Assembly (NCBI GenBank): GCA_018669975.1
Contig: JABHSK010000005.1
Coordinates: 121,132 to 185,131, forward strand
DNA from: Candidatus Parcubacteria bacterium
Lineage (GTDB): Bacteria > Patescibacteriota > Patescibacteriia > UBA1558 > GWA2-36-10
Direction of reading: 5' to 3'
Length of the DNA stretch: 64,000 nucleotides
Shown here: positions 1 through 10,282 of the stretch, piece after piece
How the letters are laid out: each line of letters opens with the position of its first letter
Position numbering within the stretch: position 1 is the stretch's first letter
The notes under the pieces: model-generated
Told to the model about the DNA's origin: nothing
Seen by the model: only the letters and a program-made list of their open reading frames with translations
The model's database searches: none
Position numbers and translations under genes: made by a program

Positions 1-631
1 GTCAAAGCCAATTTTAGAATTGGTAAAAGCTTTGGATGAGTATATTCCAGAGCCAAAACGTGATACTGACCAAGCATTCTTAATGCCTATTGAAGATATT
101 TTTTCAATCGAAGGTCGTGGTACAGTTGTTACCGGACGTATCGATAGAGGTATTGTTAAATTGAATGAGGAAGTAGAAATGGTTGGTATTAAAGATACTA
201 CTAAGACTGTTATTACTGGAATCGAGATGTTTAATAAACAACTTGAAGAAGGTAGAGCTGGTGATAATGCCGGATTGCTTCTTCGTGGTACCAAGAAGGA
301 AGATGTAGAACGTGGTCAAGTTTTGGCCAAACCTGGTTCTATTACTCCTCATACAGAATATGAAGCTGAAACATATATCCTAAGTAAAGAAGAAGGCGGT
401 CGTCATACTCCATTCTTCAAGGGATATAAACCACAGTTTTATATCCGTACTACTGACATTACTGGTGAAGTAGAATTGCCAGAGGGTACAGAGATGGTTA
501 TGCCTGGTGATACAGTTAACTTGAAGATTAAGTTAATTGCTCCAGTAGCACTTGAAGAAAAATCAAAGTTCGCTATCCGTGAGGGTGGTCGTACTGTTGG
601 TGCAGGTGTAGTAACTAAGATTATCAAATAA
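1..631 (+). CDS. tuf: Elongation factor Tu, C-terminal part (5' end outside window)
   Basis: Motifs [42 protein letters not shown]. Confidence 0.99.
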   Translation, partial: SKPILELVKALDEYIPEPKRDTDQAFLMPIEDIFSIEGRGTVVTGRIDRGIVKLNEEVEMVGIKDTTKTVITGIEMFNKQLEEGRAGDNAGLLLRGTKKEDVERGQVLAKPGSITPHTEYEAETYILSKEEGGRHTPFFKGYKPQFYIRTTDITGEVELPEGTEMVMPGDTVNLKIKLIAPVALEEKSKFAIREGGRTVGAGVVTKIIK

Positions 632-639
632 ATTTTCTT

Positions 640-663
640 TTCCCCCGGTGTATGCCGGGGGAA
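640..663 (+). terminator. GC-rich stem-loop after tuf (terminator or stabilising hairpin)
   Basis: ttcccccgg-tgtatg-ccgggggaa inverted repeat; no clear U-tract. Confidence 0.55.
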
Positions 664-709
664 TTAAAATATTTATAAATTAAGTAGATTAACAATCAAT
701 TTTAAATCC

Positions 710-1042
710 ATGCAAGAAAAAGTTGCAAAAGAAGAAGTTCAGTCAAGAATCAGGATTAAGATCCGAGCTTATGATCATAAGATTATTGATCAGTCTACCA
801 AGACTATCATTGAAACAGTAGATCGTACTGGAGCCACAGTTATTGGTCCTATTCCTTTACCTACTGAAAAGAAAAAGTTCACAGTGCTTAGATCTACCTT
901 TGTTCATAAAGATGCTCGTGATCAATACGAAATGAGGGTGCACAAGAGATTACTTGATATCATAAATCCTACTCCTCAGACAGTAGATGCTTTGCAAAAT
1001 TTGAATTTGCCAGCTGGTGTGGATTTGGAAATAAAAATGTAG
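710..1042 (+). CDS. rpsJ: 30S ribosomal protein S10
   Basis: [34 protein letters not shown]. Confidence 0.99.
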   Translation: MQEKVAKEEVQSRIRIKIRAYDHKIIDQSTKTIIETVDRTGATVIGPIPLPTEKKKFTVLRSTFVHKDARDQYEMRVHKRLLDIINPTPQTVDALQNLNLPAGVDLEIKM

Positions 1043-1070
1043 TTCTTTTTTAGAAGAATAAAAATAAAAA

Positions 1071-1248
1071 CTTTTTGTTGGTTTGTATAACCCTGGTCTG
1101 TATAGGCTATGGAAGTGTCAAATGAACAAAAGTGTTTTAGAAGGATAAAAATCGTCACAATTAAACCAACACAAGTTGCTAGAGTAATACTAGTAGTCGC
1201 GGTTTTGTCCTTAAAAAAGTTTTTTTTAAGAACAAAACCGCGATTTTT
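1071..1248 (+). promoter_or_regulatory. Structured rpsJ-rplC intergenic leader ending in a terminator-like hairpin
   Basis: tgttggttt (1076-1084) pairs with aaaccaaca (1163-1171); long hairpin 1197-1243 (tcgcggttttgt...acaaaaccgcga) followed by ttttt. Confidence 0.55.
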
Positions 1249-1266
1249 AATAAGATTAATAAATAT

Positions 1267-2073
1267 ATGGTCAAGTTTATTTTAGGAAAAAAACTGAATA
1301 TGACCCAAAAGTTTTTGGAAGACGGCAGAGTTGCTCCGGTAACTGTTGTTGCTGCTGGTCCTTGTACTGTTACTCAGGTAAAGGGTGATAAAGACGGATA
1401 TAGCGCAGTCCAGATTGGCTTTGGGTTGAAAAAGAAAGTAAATAAACCACTGACAGGTCATCTAAAAGGTCTGGAGAATTTTCGTTATTTGCGTGAATTT
1501 AGATTAGAGAGTACAGACAATATGACCAGAGGTAAGGTATTTGATGTTAGTAGCTTTCAGGCAGGTGATATTTTAACTGTAACAGCCACTTCTAAAGGTA
1601 AGGGTTTTCAAGGTGTAGTTAAGAGGCATGGTTTTCATGGTTCTCCAGCTAGCCATGGTCATAAAGATCAATTGAGAATGCCTGGATCTATTGGTGCTAC
1701 TGATGCAGCTAGAGTTTTTAAGGGTACTCGTATGGGTGGCCGCATGGGCGGTGACACAGTAACGGTTACTAATCTAGAATTGATTGAAGTAGACCAGGAA
1801 AAAGGTTTGCTGTATATCAAGGGAGCTGTACCAGGAGCTAGGAATTCTTTGGTGTCTGTTGTGACTGAAGGTGAGCTTACTTTTATAGAAAAAAAGAAAG
1901 AAGAGCCTAAGAAAGAAGAAAAAAAGACTGAAGAGAAACCAATTGAAGATAAGGTTGAGAAGAAAGAAGATAAAAAACCTGTAGCCAAAAAAGAGACTGT
2001 TAAAGTAGAAAAGCCAGCTAAGGAAGAAAAAAAAGAGGTAAAGAAAGAAGAGCCTAAGAAAGAAGAAAAATAA
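1267..2073 (+). CDS. rplC: 50S ribosomal protein L3 with Lys/Glu-rich C-terminal extension
   Basis: GKKLNMTQ, SKGKGFQGVVKRHGF, PGSIG; operon position. Confidence 0.99.
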   Translation: MVKFILGKKLNMTQKFLEDGRVAPVTVVAAGPCTVTQVKGDKDGYSAVQIGFGLKKKVNKPLTGHLKGLENFRYLREFRLESTDNMTRGKVFDVSSFQAGDILTVTATSKGKGFQGVVKRHGFHGSPASHGHKDQLRMPGSIGATDAARVFKGTRMGGRMGGDTVTVTNLELIEVDQEKGLLYIKGAVPGARNSLVSVVTEGELTFIEKKKEEPKKEEKKTEEKPIEDKVEKKEDKKPVAKKETVKVEKPAKEEKKEVKKEEPKKEEK

Positions 2074-2077
2074 ATAT

Positions 2078-2713
2078 ATGGCAGATATAAAAGTAAAATT
2101 ATACGACTGGCAAGGTAAGGAAGTAGGTGTAGAAGCTCTAGATCCAGCTTTGTTTGGCGTTGAAGTAAAGCCTAACCTAGTCCATGAAGTTGTAGTAGCT
2201 CATCAAAAGAACACTCGTGAAGCTATTGCTCACACCAAGGGTAGGTCTGATGTACGTGGTGGTGGTAAAAAACCATGGCGTCAAAAGGGTACCGGTAGAG
2301 CTCGTCATGGATCTATCCGTTCTCCATTGTGGGTCGGTGGTGGTATCACTTTTGGTCCAACCTCTAAACGTAATTTTGCAGTTAAAGTAAACAAAAAAGT
2401 AAAAGCCTTAGCTTTAGCTATGGTATTAAGCGATAAGGTTAATGCTGAAAGAATGGTATTGGTTGATTCCTATAACATGCCAGAAGCTAAAACTAAATCA
2501 CTTAGAGAAACTTTAGATAAGTTACCAAATAAAAGTAAACCAACTTTGATTTTGACCAAGAGTGCCAGCGATAATATAGTTTTGGCAGCTAAAAACTTAC
2601 CTAGGGTAGAAACTTTACATTATGGTAGTTTGAACATATATGATTTATTGAAGTATGAGTATGTTTTGGTCAGTAAAGAACTTATTAAAAAAATAACAGA
2701 GATTTATTCATAA
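2078..2713 (+). CDS. rplD: 50S ribosomal protein L4
   Basis: GGGKKPWRQKGTGRARHGSIRSP. Confidence 0.99.
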   Translation: MADIKVKLYDWQGKEVGVEALDPALFGVEVKPNLVHEVVVAHQKNTREAIAHTKGRSDVRGGGKKPWRQKGTGRARHGSIRSPLWVGGGITFGPTSKRNFAVKVNKKVKALALAMVLSDKVNAERMVLVDSYNMPEAKTKSLRETLDKLPNKSKPTLILTKSASDNIVLAAKNLPRVETLHYGSLNIYDLLKYEYVLVSKELIKKITEIYS

Positions 2714-2717
2714 AGAT

Positions 2718-3188
2718 ATGGGTATTTTTAACAAAAAAAATAAGACTGATAAGGTTGAGAAGAAAGAAGATAAAAAACCTGTAGCTAAAGTAACCAAGAA
2801 AGAGCTTAAGGAAGAGAAATCAACCACAAAGTCAGTTGCCAAGAAAAAAACCATAACCAAAAAAGTAGTTAAGACAACCAAGTCAGCTGCTACTAAAGGT
2901 GACGGGAAAGCTTATAAGGTATTATTGAGGCCTATTATTTCTGAAAAAGCTACTTTGGGCGCATCTTTGAATAAATATGTGTTTGAAGTTTCACCTAAAG
3001 CTAATAAGGTTGAAATTAAAAAAGCAATTAGTGAAGTATATAATGTTGTACCTGCTAACGTTAATATCTTAAACAAAAGAGGTAAGAACGTTCGTCGTGG
3101 TCGTAACTCGGGCACAACTAAGAGTATCAAAAAAGCCGTTGTCACATTGAAAAAGGGCGACAGTATTAAATTGTATGAAGGTATTTAA
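2718..3188 (+). CDS. rplW: 50S ribosomal protein L23 with Lys-rich N-terminal extension
   Basis: [30 protein letters not shown]. Confidence 0.98.
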   Translation: MGIFNKKNKTDKVEKKEDKKPVAKVTKKELKEEKSTTKSVAKKKTITKKVVKTTKSAATKGDGKAYKVLLRPIISEKATLGASLNKYVFEVSPKANKVEIKKAISEVYNVVPANVNILNKRGKNVRRGRNSGTTKSIKKAVVTLKKGDSIKLYEGI

Positions 3189-3196
3189 TAAAAATT

Positions 3197-4042
3197 ATGC
3201 CGATTAAAGTATACAAACCAACCACACCAGCTCGTCGTAAGACTAGCGTATTGGTCAACAAGGATTTGAGCAAAGCACGCCCAAAGAAGTCTTTGATTAC
3301 TATCAAAAAGAAAAGAGCAGGTAGAAATAACAAAGGCAGAATTACTGTTAGACATCAAGGTGGTGGTGTAAAAAGATTCATCAGAAAAGTTGATTTCAAG
3401 AGACAAAAATTTGATATCACTGCTAAAGTTGAAGCTATTGAATATGATCCAAACCGTAATGCTAATATTGCATTAATAGTTTATGTTGATGGTGCTAGAA
3501 GTTATATTTTGGCTCCAGACAAACTTAAGACTGGTGATAAAATAAAATCTTCACAGGAAAAAATTAGCATCAAACTAGGTAATCGTTTGTTGTTGAAGAA
3601 TATGCCTACTGGTACAACTGTTTATAATGTAGAAATGGTACCAGGCAAAGGTGGTCAATTAGCTCGCGCAGCTGGTAATGGTCTAACATTGATGGCCTTG
3701 ACTGACGGTAAAGCTCAATTGAAGATGCCTAGTGGAGAGATTAGAATAGTATTTGATACTTGCGCTGCTAGTGTTGGAATGCCTAGTAATCCAGAATTCA
3801 GAAATATCCGTTGGGGCAAAGCTGGTCGTATGAGACATAAAAACATCAGACCAACTGTTCGTGGTAAAGCTATGAATCCAGTAGATCATCCTCATGGTGG
3901 TGGTGAAGGATCAAATCCAATTGGTTTGAAACATCCAAAGACGTTTAAGGGTAAACCTGCCTATGGTGTTAAGACTAGAAAGCAGAATAAAGCCTCAGAT
4001 AAGTTTATTATCAAGCGTCGTAAGACTAGAAGTAAGAAATAA
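3197..4042 (+). CDS. rplB: 50S ribosomal protein L2
   Basis: [30 protein letters not shown]. Confidence 0.99.
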   Translation: MPIKVYKPTTPARRKTSVLVNKDLSKARPKKSLITIKKKRAGRNNKGRITVRHQGGGVKRFIRKVDFKRQKFDITAKVEAIEYDPNRNANIALIVYVDGARSYILAPDKLKTGDKIKSSQEKISIKLGNRLLLKNMPTGTTVYNVEMVPGKGGQLARAAGNGLTLMALTDGKAQLKMPSGEIRIVFDTCAASVGMPSNPEFRNIRWGKAGRMRHKNIRPTVRGKAMNPVDHPHGGGEGSNPIGLKHPKTFKGKPAYGVKTRKQNKASDKFIIKRRKTRSKK

Positions 4043-4051
4043 ATAAAATAT

Positions 4052-4333
4052 ATGTCAAGAAGTTTAAAAAAAGGCCCTTATACTGATCCCAAATTATTGA
4101 AGAAAATCATTAATTTGAAACCAGAACAAGCTAAAGTTATTAAGACTTGGTCTAGGTCTTCTACTATTAGTCCAGAAATGGTTGGTTTTACTTTCGGAGT
4201 GCATAATGGTAAAGATCATATTCCAGTGTATGTAGTTGAGAATATGGTTGGGCACAAATTAGGAGAATTTTCACCTACACGTAAGTTTGTCAGTCATGGT
4301 GGTAAAATGGCTAAAACACAGGCTAAGAAGTAA
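4052..4333 (+). CDS. rpsS: 30S ribosomal protein S19
   Basis: [23 protein letters not shown]. Confidence 0.99.
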   Translation: MSRSLKKGPYTDPKLLKKIINLKPEQAKVIKTWSRSSTISPEMVGFTFGVHNGKDHIPVYVVENMVGHKLGEFSPTRKFVSHGGKMAKTQAKK

Positions 4334-4361
4334 TTAATCTTGCAGTAAGTTTAAGATAAAT

Positions 4362-4892
4362 ATGATTGAAGCAAAAGCAAAATTGAAAAATGTAAGAATC
4401 TCATCAAAAAAGATGCGCTTGGTAGCTGATGCTATCAGAGGTTTAGAAGTGGCACCTGCTTTGGAGAGATTGCAAATTCTTTTCAAAAAATCATCTCCAG
4501 TCATTGAAAAATTGTTACGTAGTGCTGTTGCTAATGCCATGGATAGATTCAATGTTAAGGAAGAAGATTTAGTTATAAAGAGTATTATTGTTAATAAAGG
4601 TGCAGATTTAAAGCGTTGGAGACCAGCTGCTTTTGGTCGCGCCCATCCTTTTCGTAAACATTCTTCACATGTAGAGATTACTTTGACTACCAAAGAAGGT
4701 GTTAAAGCTACAGCTAAAGATAAGAAGAAAGAAGAGATTGAAACTGTTGATTTGACCAAGACAGATAAAAAAGCTCCTACTGGTACTAAAGCTGAGGGCA
4801 AATCTGTTAAACAAGATAAGAAAACACAAGCTCCGGCTCAACAAGCGTCTGCTGGAAAAAGCAAAGGTAATATTAATGTAAAAAAAGGTTAA
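4362..4892 (+). CDS. rplV: 50S ribosomal protein L22 with C-terminal extension
   Basis: RISSKKMRLVADAIRG, LLRSAVANA, GRAHPFRKHSSHV. Confidence 0.98.
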   Translation: MIEAKAKLKNVRISSKKMRLVADAIRGLEVAPALERLQILFKKSSPVIEKLLRSAVANAMDRFNVKEEDLVIKSIIVNKGADLKRWRPAAFGRAHPFRKHSSHVEITLTTKEGVKATAKDKKKEEIETVDLTKTDKKAPTGTKAEGKSVKQDKKTQAPAQQASAGKSKGNINVKKG

Positions 4893-4893
4893 T

Positions 4894-5673
4894 ATGGGTA
4901 AAAAAGTAAATCCAAGAGTATTTCGTATCGGATTAAGTGAGAATTGGAGTTCTCGCTGGTATTCTGGTCATGATTTTCCAAAGCTTTTGCGGGAAGATAT
5001 TTTAATCAGAGGTCATTTAAAAAAAGCCTTGAGAGATGCTGGAATAGATAGAGTTCGTATTGAAAGAAGTCGTGGTAAAGTGACTATCAACATTGATGCT
5101 GCCAAGCCAGGTTTAATTATTGGTCGCGGTGGTAGCGGAATCGAAGAATTGAAAAAGGTAATTCAAAAGAAATTTTTAGGTAAAGATGTTAAATTGCAAA
5201 TAAATATTACTGAGGTTTCAGTACCAAACTTAGCCGCCAATGTTATTGTTCAGAGTATTAGAGATGATGTAGAGAAGAGAATTCCTTTTCGTCGCGTTAT
5301 GAAACAAAACATTGATAAGGTAATGAAGGCTGGTGGTCAAGGTGTAAAAATTATTTTGGCTGGACGTCTAAACGGTGTGGAAATTGCTCGTTCTGAAAAA
5401 TTGACTCAGGGCAAAGTACCACTGCAGACATTGCGTGCCAATATTGATTATAGTCGCGGAGTAGCTAACACTATTTACGGAGTCATTGGTATCAAAGTTT
5501 GGATTTACAAAGGAGAATATTTTGATAAGAAAAAGAAAGAAGACAAAGGTAAGATGAAAGCTCCTACCAAGACAGTTAAATTGTTTTCTAAAGATAAAGT
5601 TAACATTCAACCAATAGAACCAGCTGTTAAAAAACCAGCTAATACAGCAGACAAAAAGACCAGTAAAAAATAA
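4894..5673 (+). CDS. rpsC: 30S ribosomal protein S3 with C-terminal extension
   Basis: MGKKVNPRVFRIG, KPGLIIGRGG, GRLNGVEIARSE, VPLQTLRANIDY. Confidence 0.99.
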   Translation: MGKKVNPRVFRIGLSENWSSRWYSGHDFPKLLREDILIRGHLKKALRDAGIDRVRIERSRGKVTINIDAAKPGLIIGRGGSGIEELKKVIQKKFLGKDVKLQINITEVSVPNLAANVIVQSIRDDVEKRIPFRRVMKQNIDKVMKAGGQGVKIILAGRLNGVEIARSEKLTQGKVPLQTLRANIDYSRGVANTIYGVIGIKVWIYKGEYFDKKKKEDKGKMKAPTKTVKLFSKDKVNIQPIEPAVKKPANTADKKTSKK

Positions 5674-5700
5674 TTTTCAATAGATTCAAGATAAAAATAT

Positions 5701-6117
5701 ATGTTAGCACCAAAGAAAGTAAAACATAGAAAATGGCACAGAGGTGATAAGATCAAGGGTAAAGCTACTCGTATGACTAAAGTTAGCTTTGGTGATTATG
5801 GCCTTAAGGGCTTGCAGGCTGGTTGGATTACAGCTAGACAAATTGAGTCAGCTCGTCGTGCTATTGTTGGTCATATTCAGAGAGGTGGAAAAGTATTTAT
5901 TAGAATTTTTCCAGACAAGCCCATTACTGCCAAAGGTAATGAAATGCCCATGGGTAAAGGTAAGGGTGCTGTTGACCATTATGTAGCAGTAGTCAAACCT
6001 GGTACGGTTCTATTTGAGATGAGTGGTGTTGATGAAGAGACAGCTAGAAGGTCTATGCAATTAGCAGGCTACAAGCTACCAGTTAAAACAAAATTCGTAA
6101 GCAAAGATTTAATTTAA
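5701..6117 (+). CDS. rplP: 50S ribosomal protein L16
   Basis: [27 protein letters not shown]. Confidence 0.99.
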   Translation: MLAPKKVKHRKWHRGDKIKGKATRMTKVSFGDYGLKGLQAGWITARQIESARRAIVGHIQRGGKVFIRIFPDKPITAKGNEMPMGKGKGAVDHYVAVVKPGTVLFEMSGVDEETARRSMQLAGYKLPVKTKFVSKDLI

Positions 6118-6121
6118 GCAT

Positions 6122-6364
6122 ATGAAAATAGCAGAAATCAGAAAATTAGACATACAAAAGCTAAATGAGGCCTTGGCTGATTTAAGAAATAAAAGCAGGG
6201 AGCTTAGATTTAGTATTGCCAATAATCAATTGAGTGCTGTCAGAGATTTGAGAAAAACTAAGAAGGATATTGCTAAAATTATTACTATTTTAAATGAAAA
6301 AAGGGTAGTTACGGAAGACAGTAAAGCAGAAAAGGTAAGTGAAGATAAAAAGGAAAAGAAATAA
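6122..6364 (+). CDS. rpmC: 50S ribosomal protein L29
   Basis: LRFSIANNQL...RKTKKDIAKIITILNE; operon position. Confidence 0.95.
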   Translation: MKIAEIRKLDIQKLNEALADLRNKSRELRFSIANNQLSAVRDLRKTKKDIAKIITILNEKRVVTEDSKAEKVSEDKKEKK

Positions 6365-6396
6365 TTTTTCCGCTACAGGCGGAGTAAACAAAGTAT

Positions 6397-6645
6397 ATGG
6401 AAAAACAAGTAATTAAGAAAAAATTAGAAGGAGAAGTCGTTAGTGACAAGATGGATAAAACTGTTGTTATTAGTGTTGTTAGTATTAAAACACACTCTAA
6501 GTACAAGAAGCAGTATAAGTCTTCAAAAAAGTATAAGGCTCACGACGAAAAAAATCAGTATAAAGAAGGTGATGTTGTAATTATTGAAGCATGTCGTCCA
6601 CTTTCTGCTGACAAGAGATGGAGAGTTATAAAAAAAGTAAAATAA
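6397..6645 (+). CDS. rpsQ: 30S ribosomal protein S17
   Basis: [30 protein letters not shown]. Confidence 0.99.
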   Translation: MEKQVIKKKLEGEVVSDKMDKTVVISVVSIKTHSKYKKQYKSSKKYKAHDEKNQYKEGDVVIIEACRPLSADKRWRVIKKVK

Positions 6646-6655
6646 CCACAGATAT

Positions 6656-7027
6656 ATGATTCAACACAGGTCAATGTTAAAAGTCGCTGATAATTCAGGT
6701 GCAAAGCTAGTGCAATGCATCAGGGTTTTAGGTGGTTATAAAAAAAGATACGCCCGTGTCGGTGATTTGATTACTATTACTGTAAAGTCTGCTCAACCAC
6801 ACGCTGCTGTAAAGAAAGGGCAAGTTTTACACGCGGTTGTTGTTAGGCAGAGAAAAGAAACTAGAAGACCAAGTGGTGTATACGTTAGATTTGATGATAA
6901 TGCAGTGGTTATTGTTGATAGAAAGACTAAGGAAATCAAAGGTACACGTATCTTTGGACCAATCGCTAGAGAATTAAGGGTAAAGGGATACAATAAAATT
7001 GTCTCTTTGGCACCGGAGGTATTATAA
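6656..7027 (+). CDS. rplN: 50S ribosomal protein L14
   Basis: [34 protein letters not shown]. Confidence 0.99.
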   Translation: MIQHRSMLKVADNSGAKLVQCIRVLGGYKKRYARVGDLITITVKSAQPHAAVKKGQVLHAVVVRQRKETRRPSGVYVRFDDNAVVIVDRKTKEIKGTRIFGPIARELRVKGYNKIVSLAPEVL

Positions 7028-7045
7028 AATATGAAAGTCAATAAA

Positions 7046-7357
7046 ATGAACATAAAAGTGAATGACAAAGTAGCAGTTATTACCGGAAAAAATAAAGGTA
7101 AAGACGGCAAGGTTGTTCAAATTTTACCGTCAATGAACAAGGTGGTTGTTGAAGGTGTTAATATTATGTATAAACACTTACGACCACAAAAAAGCGGTGA
7201 AAAAGGACAAAGAGTTCAGTTTAACGGACCAATTACTGTTAGTAATGTCATGTTGGTTTGTCCAAAGTGTAGTAAACAATCACGTATTGGAATTAAGGTT
7301 GGTGATAATAAGCAAAAAGCAAGATTTTGCAAAAAGTGTAAAGAAGTAATTGATTAA
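7046..7357 (+). CDS. rplX: 50S ribosomal protein L24 (two CxxC motifs; alternative start 7031)
   Basis: KOW motif VITGKNKGKDGKV, VVVEGVN, CPKC...CKKC. Confidence 0.97.
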   Translation: MNIKVNDKVAVITGKNKGKDGKVVQILPSMNKVVVEGVNIMYKHLRPQKSGEKGQRVQFNGPITVSNVMLVCPKCSKQSRIGIKVGDNKQKARFCKKCKEVID

Positions 7358-7385
7358 TACTTCAATAAATTCAGTATAAAAAAAT

Positions 7386-7937
7386 ATGAATAAATTAGCA
7401 GAACAGTATAAGAAAGAAATCAGACCAAGCCTGCAAAAGGAGCTAGGTTTAGACAATGTCATGGCCGTGCCAAAATTGGACAAGATCGTGATTAATATTG
7501 GTATTGGTAAAGCTACTCAAGACAAGCAGTGGATTGAATTATCCAAATCAATCTTGGAGAGAATTACTGGTCAAAAACCAATGGCTACTAAAGCTAGAAA
7601 GTCTATCTCTAATTTTAAAGTTCGTGAAGGCATGGTAGTCGGTTCAAAAGTCACACTACGTGGTGAACGTATGTATGATTTCTTATACAGATTAGTTAAT
7701 TCTACTATTCCTAGATTTAGAGATTTCTATGGCCTAGAACCAAAAAGAGGTTTTGATGGTAACGGAAACTATACTTTGGGCTTGAAAGAACATATTGTTT
7801 TCCCAGAAATAGGTATGGATGATGTAGAAAAAGTTCACGGTTTAGAAGTAACTATAGTAACTTCTGCTAAAGATAACCAACAAGCATTGGCTTTGCTCCG
7901 CGCTCTAGGTTTTCCTTTTAAAAAGAATAAGAAATAA
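7386..7937 (+). CDS. rplE: 50S ribosomal protein L5
   Basis: VPKLDKIVINIGIG, ITGQKP, FDGNGNYTLGLKEHIVFPEI. Confidence 0.99.
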   Translation: MNKLAEQYKKEIRPSLQKELGLDNVMAVPKLDKIVINIGIGKATQDKQWIELSKSILERITGQKPMATKARKSISNFKVREGMVVGSKVTLRGERMYDFLYRLVNSTIPRFRDFYGLEPKRGFDGNGNYTLGLKEHIVFPEIGMDDVEKVHGLEVTIVTSAKDNQQALALLRALGFPFKKNKK

Positions 7938-7943
7938 AATATT

Positions 7944-8129
7944 ATGGCAACAACCGCACAAATCGCAAAATCAAACAAAAAGCCCAAGTATTCTACTCGT
8001 AGAGTACGTAGATGTTGGCGCTGTGGCAAACAACGTTCTTTCATGAGAAAGTTTGAATTATGCCGCATTTGTTTCAGGGAATTAGCAGACAAAGGAGAAA
8101 TTCCTGGAATTAAGAAATCAAGTTGGTAA
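7944..8129 (+). CDS. rpsN: 30S ribosomal protein S14, zinc-binding type Z
   Basis: 61 aa with CWRC...CRICFRELA...IPGIKKSSW. Confidence 0.98.
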   Translation: MATTAQIAKSNKKPKYSTRRVRRCWRCGKQRSFMRKFELCRICFRELADKGEIPGIKKSSW

Positions 8130-8178
8130 ATATTTATTTAAATATAATATAAGATATAGAATATAAAATAACATAAAT

Positions 8179-8568
8179 ATGACAGATCCTATCGCAGACA
8201 TGTTAACAAGAATACGTAATGCTGTGGCCGTTAAAAAGCCAGAGATAATTTTGCCTTTTTCTAAGGTTAAATTTAACATTGCCAAATTATTGGAAGATGA
8301 AAAATATGTAGGCAACGTATCCAAGGTTAAGACTGGTAAATTTGATGAAATCAAAATTAATTTGATATACAAAGCTGATAACTCAGTGATTCGACATATC
8401 AAGAGTGTTTCTACACCAGGACAACGTGTTTATGTATCCGGTAAAGAAATTCCTCGTGTATTAAACGGTTATGGAATGGCAGTTGTTTCAACATCTAAAG
8501 GTGTTATGACTGGCAAAGAAGCCTCTAGGCAGAACATCGGAGGAGAGTTAATGTGTGAAATCTGGTAA
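8179..8568 (+). CDS. rpsH: 30S ribosomal protein S8
   Basis: TDPIADMLTRIRNA, VSTSKGVMT, GGELMCEIW. Confidence 0.99.
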   Translation: MTDPIADMLTRIRNAVAVKKPEIILPFSKVKFNIAKLLEDEKYVGNVSKVKTGKFDEIKINLIYKADNSVIRHIKSVSTPGQRVYVSGKEIPRVLNGYGMAVVSTSKGVMTGKEASRQNIGGELMCEIW

Positions 8569-8595
8569 GCAGTTTTAATTTAAAATAATAAATTT

Positions 8596-9150
8596 ATGTC
8601 AAGAATAGGTAAAAAACCAATTGAGATACCAAGCGGTGTAGAAATCAAGGTCGCTAAGAATGATCTAGATATTTTTGAGGTATCTGTAAAAGGTCCTAAA
8701 GGAACTTTGCTGGTTAATGTCCCAAAAGGTGTTTCTGTAGAACAAGCTGAAAATCAATTATCTTTTAAAGTAAAGAACGAAGAAGCTAAAAGTGATAAAG
8801 CTTTGTGGGGATTAAGTAGGACTCTAGTTAATAATGCTGTTTTGGGAGTAATGGAAGGTTTTAGTAAGGTTTTAGAGATCAATGGTGTTGGATATAAAGT
8901 TGCTCTGCAAGGAAAAAAATTAGTGCTTAATGTTGGTTTTTCACATCAGGTAGAATTTGCTATTCCAGAAGGTATTACTGCAGAGGTTGAAAAAAATAAG
9001 ATTACAATATCTGGCATTGACAAACAACAAGTTGGTCAGATTGCTGCTGAAATAAGAGCTATCAAAAAACCGGAACCGTATAAAGGTAAAGGTATCAAAT
9101 ATATTGATGAGCAGATTCGCAGAAAAGCAGGTAAGGTAGTCAAATCATAA
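8596..9150 (+). CDS. rplF: 50S ribosomal protein L6
   Basis: MSRIGKKPI, VKGPKG, KPEPYKGKGI. Confidence 0.99.
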   Translation: MSRIGKKPIEIPSGVEIKVAKNDLDIFEVSVKGPKGTLLVNVPKGVSVEQAENQLSFKVKNEEAKSDKALWGLSRTLVNNAVLGVMEGFSKVLEINGVGYKVALQGKKLVLNVGFSHQVEFAIPEGITAEVEKNKITISGIDKQQVGQIAAEIRAIKKPEPYKGKGIKYIDEQIRRKAGKVVKS

Positions 9151-9174
9151 TAAGCATCTTTGTAAATAAAAAAT

Positions 9175-9531
9175 ATGAAAGATTTAAATAAAATAAAACA
9201 AGAAAAGTTTTTCCGCAGACAAAGAAGGACTAGAGCTCAGATAACTGGTACTACCAGTAAGCCTCGTTTGTCCGTCTTTAGAAGTTTGTTGCATATCTCT
9301 GCACAGGCTATTGATGATGTTGGTAAAAAAACTTTAGTAGCTGCTTCTGATAAGGAAATTAAAGCTAAAGGAAATAAATCTGAGATCGCTGCTTTAGTTG
9401 GAGAACTACTAGGTAAGAAGTTAACAGAGAAAAAGATTTCAAAAATAATCTTTGATAAAGGCGCTTATAAGTATCATGGCCGTGTTAAAGCCTTGGCTGA
9501 TGGTCTAAGAAAAAGTGGTATAAATTTTTAA
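9175..9531 (+). CDS. rplR: 50S ribosomal protein L18
   Basis: PRLSVFRS, FDKGAYKYHGRVKALADG. Confidence 0.99.
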   Translation: MKDLNKIKQEKFFRRQRRTRAQITGTTSKPRLSVFRSLLHISAQAIDDVGKKTLVAASDKEIKAKGNKSEIAALVGELLGKKLTEKKISKIIFDKGAYKYHGRVKALADGLRKSGINF

Positions 9532-9539
9532 TCAATCAC

Positions 9540-10271
9540 ATGGAAGATAAAAAACCTAACACCCCTAACAAAGTTGAGGGGAACAAAAAACCAGAAGGAA
9601 CAAAACAGCCTTTCAAAAAGACTTTCAACAAGCCTTTTAACAAGCCTTTTAATAAAGGAGGCGGAGGTGGTCCACGACGTGGTCGCAAGCCTTTTAGAAG
9701 ACCAGATAGGCCAGTTGATGATTTTGAACAAAAGATTGTTGATTTAGCTAGGGTTACTAGAGTTATGGCTGGCGGTAAACGTATGAAGTTCAGAGCTTGT
9801 ATGGTTGTTGGAGATAAGAAAGGTAGAGTTGGTATTGGGCTTGCTAAAGGTGTAGATGTAGCTATGGCTATTTCTAAGTCTGTTAGTAAGGCTAAGAAGA
9901 AAACTATACTTGTTCCAATTATTGATGGCACTATACCCCACGAGGTAAATGTAAAGTTCAAAGCGGCTAGAATCATGATGAAGCCGGCTAGAAAGGGTAG
10001 TGGTATTAAAGCTGGTGGTGTAATGCGTATTATTTTAGAGTTAGCTGGTGTTAAAGATGTGGTTGCTAAAATTTTAGGTACTAACAACAAAGTTAATAAC
10101 GCTAAAGCAGTTTTAAAGGCCTTGGAGGGATTTGTACCAACTGCAGTTGAAGCAGCTAAAAAAGATGCACCAAAGAAAGTTGCACCAAAGAAAGTTGTTT
10201 TTGATAAACCAAAATTTAAGCCAGCTGGTAAAAAGCCAGTTAAGGCAGAAGATATCAAGAGTAAAAAATAA
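9540..10271 (+). CDS. rpsE: 30S ribosomal protein S5 with N- and C-terminal extensions
   Basis: RVTRVMAGGKRMKF, VVGDKKGRVG, GSGIKAGG. Confidence 0.99.
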   Translation: MEDKKPNTPNKVEGNKKPEGTKQPFKKTFNKPFNKPFNKGGGGGPRRGRKPFRRPDRPVDDFEQKIVDLARVTRVMAGGKRMKFRACMVVGDKKGRVGIGLAKGVDVAMAISKSVSKAKKKTILVPIIDGTIPHEVNVKFKAARIMMKPARKGSGIKAGGVMRIILELAGVKDVVAKILGTNNKVNNAKAVLKALEGFVPTAVEAAKKDAPKKVAPKKVVFDKPKFKPAGKKPVKAEDIKSKK

Positions 10272-10282
10272 GATATAAATTT

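Noticed and set aside
9536-10258. 240-aa minus-strand ORF and similar antisense ORFs across the ribosomal operon
   Set aside because: Shadow frames of well-identified ribosomal protein genes.
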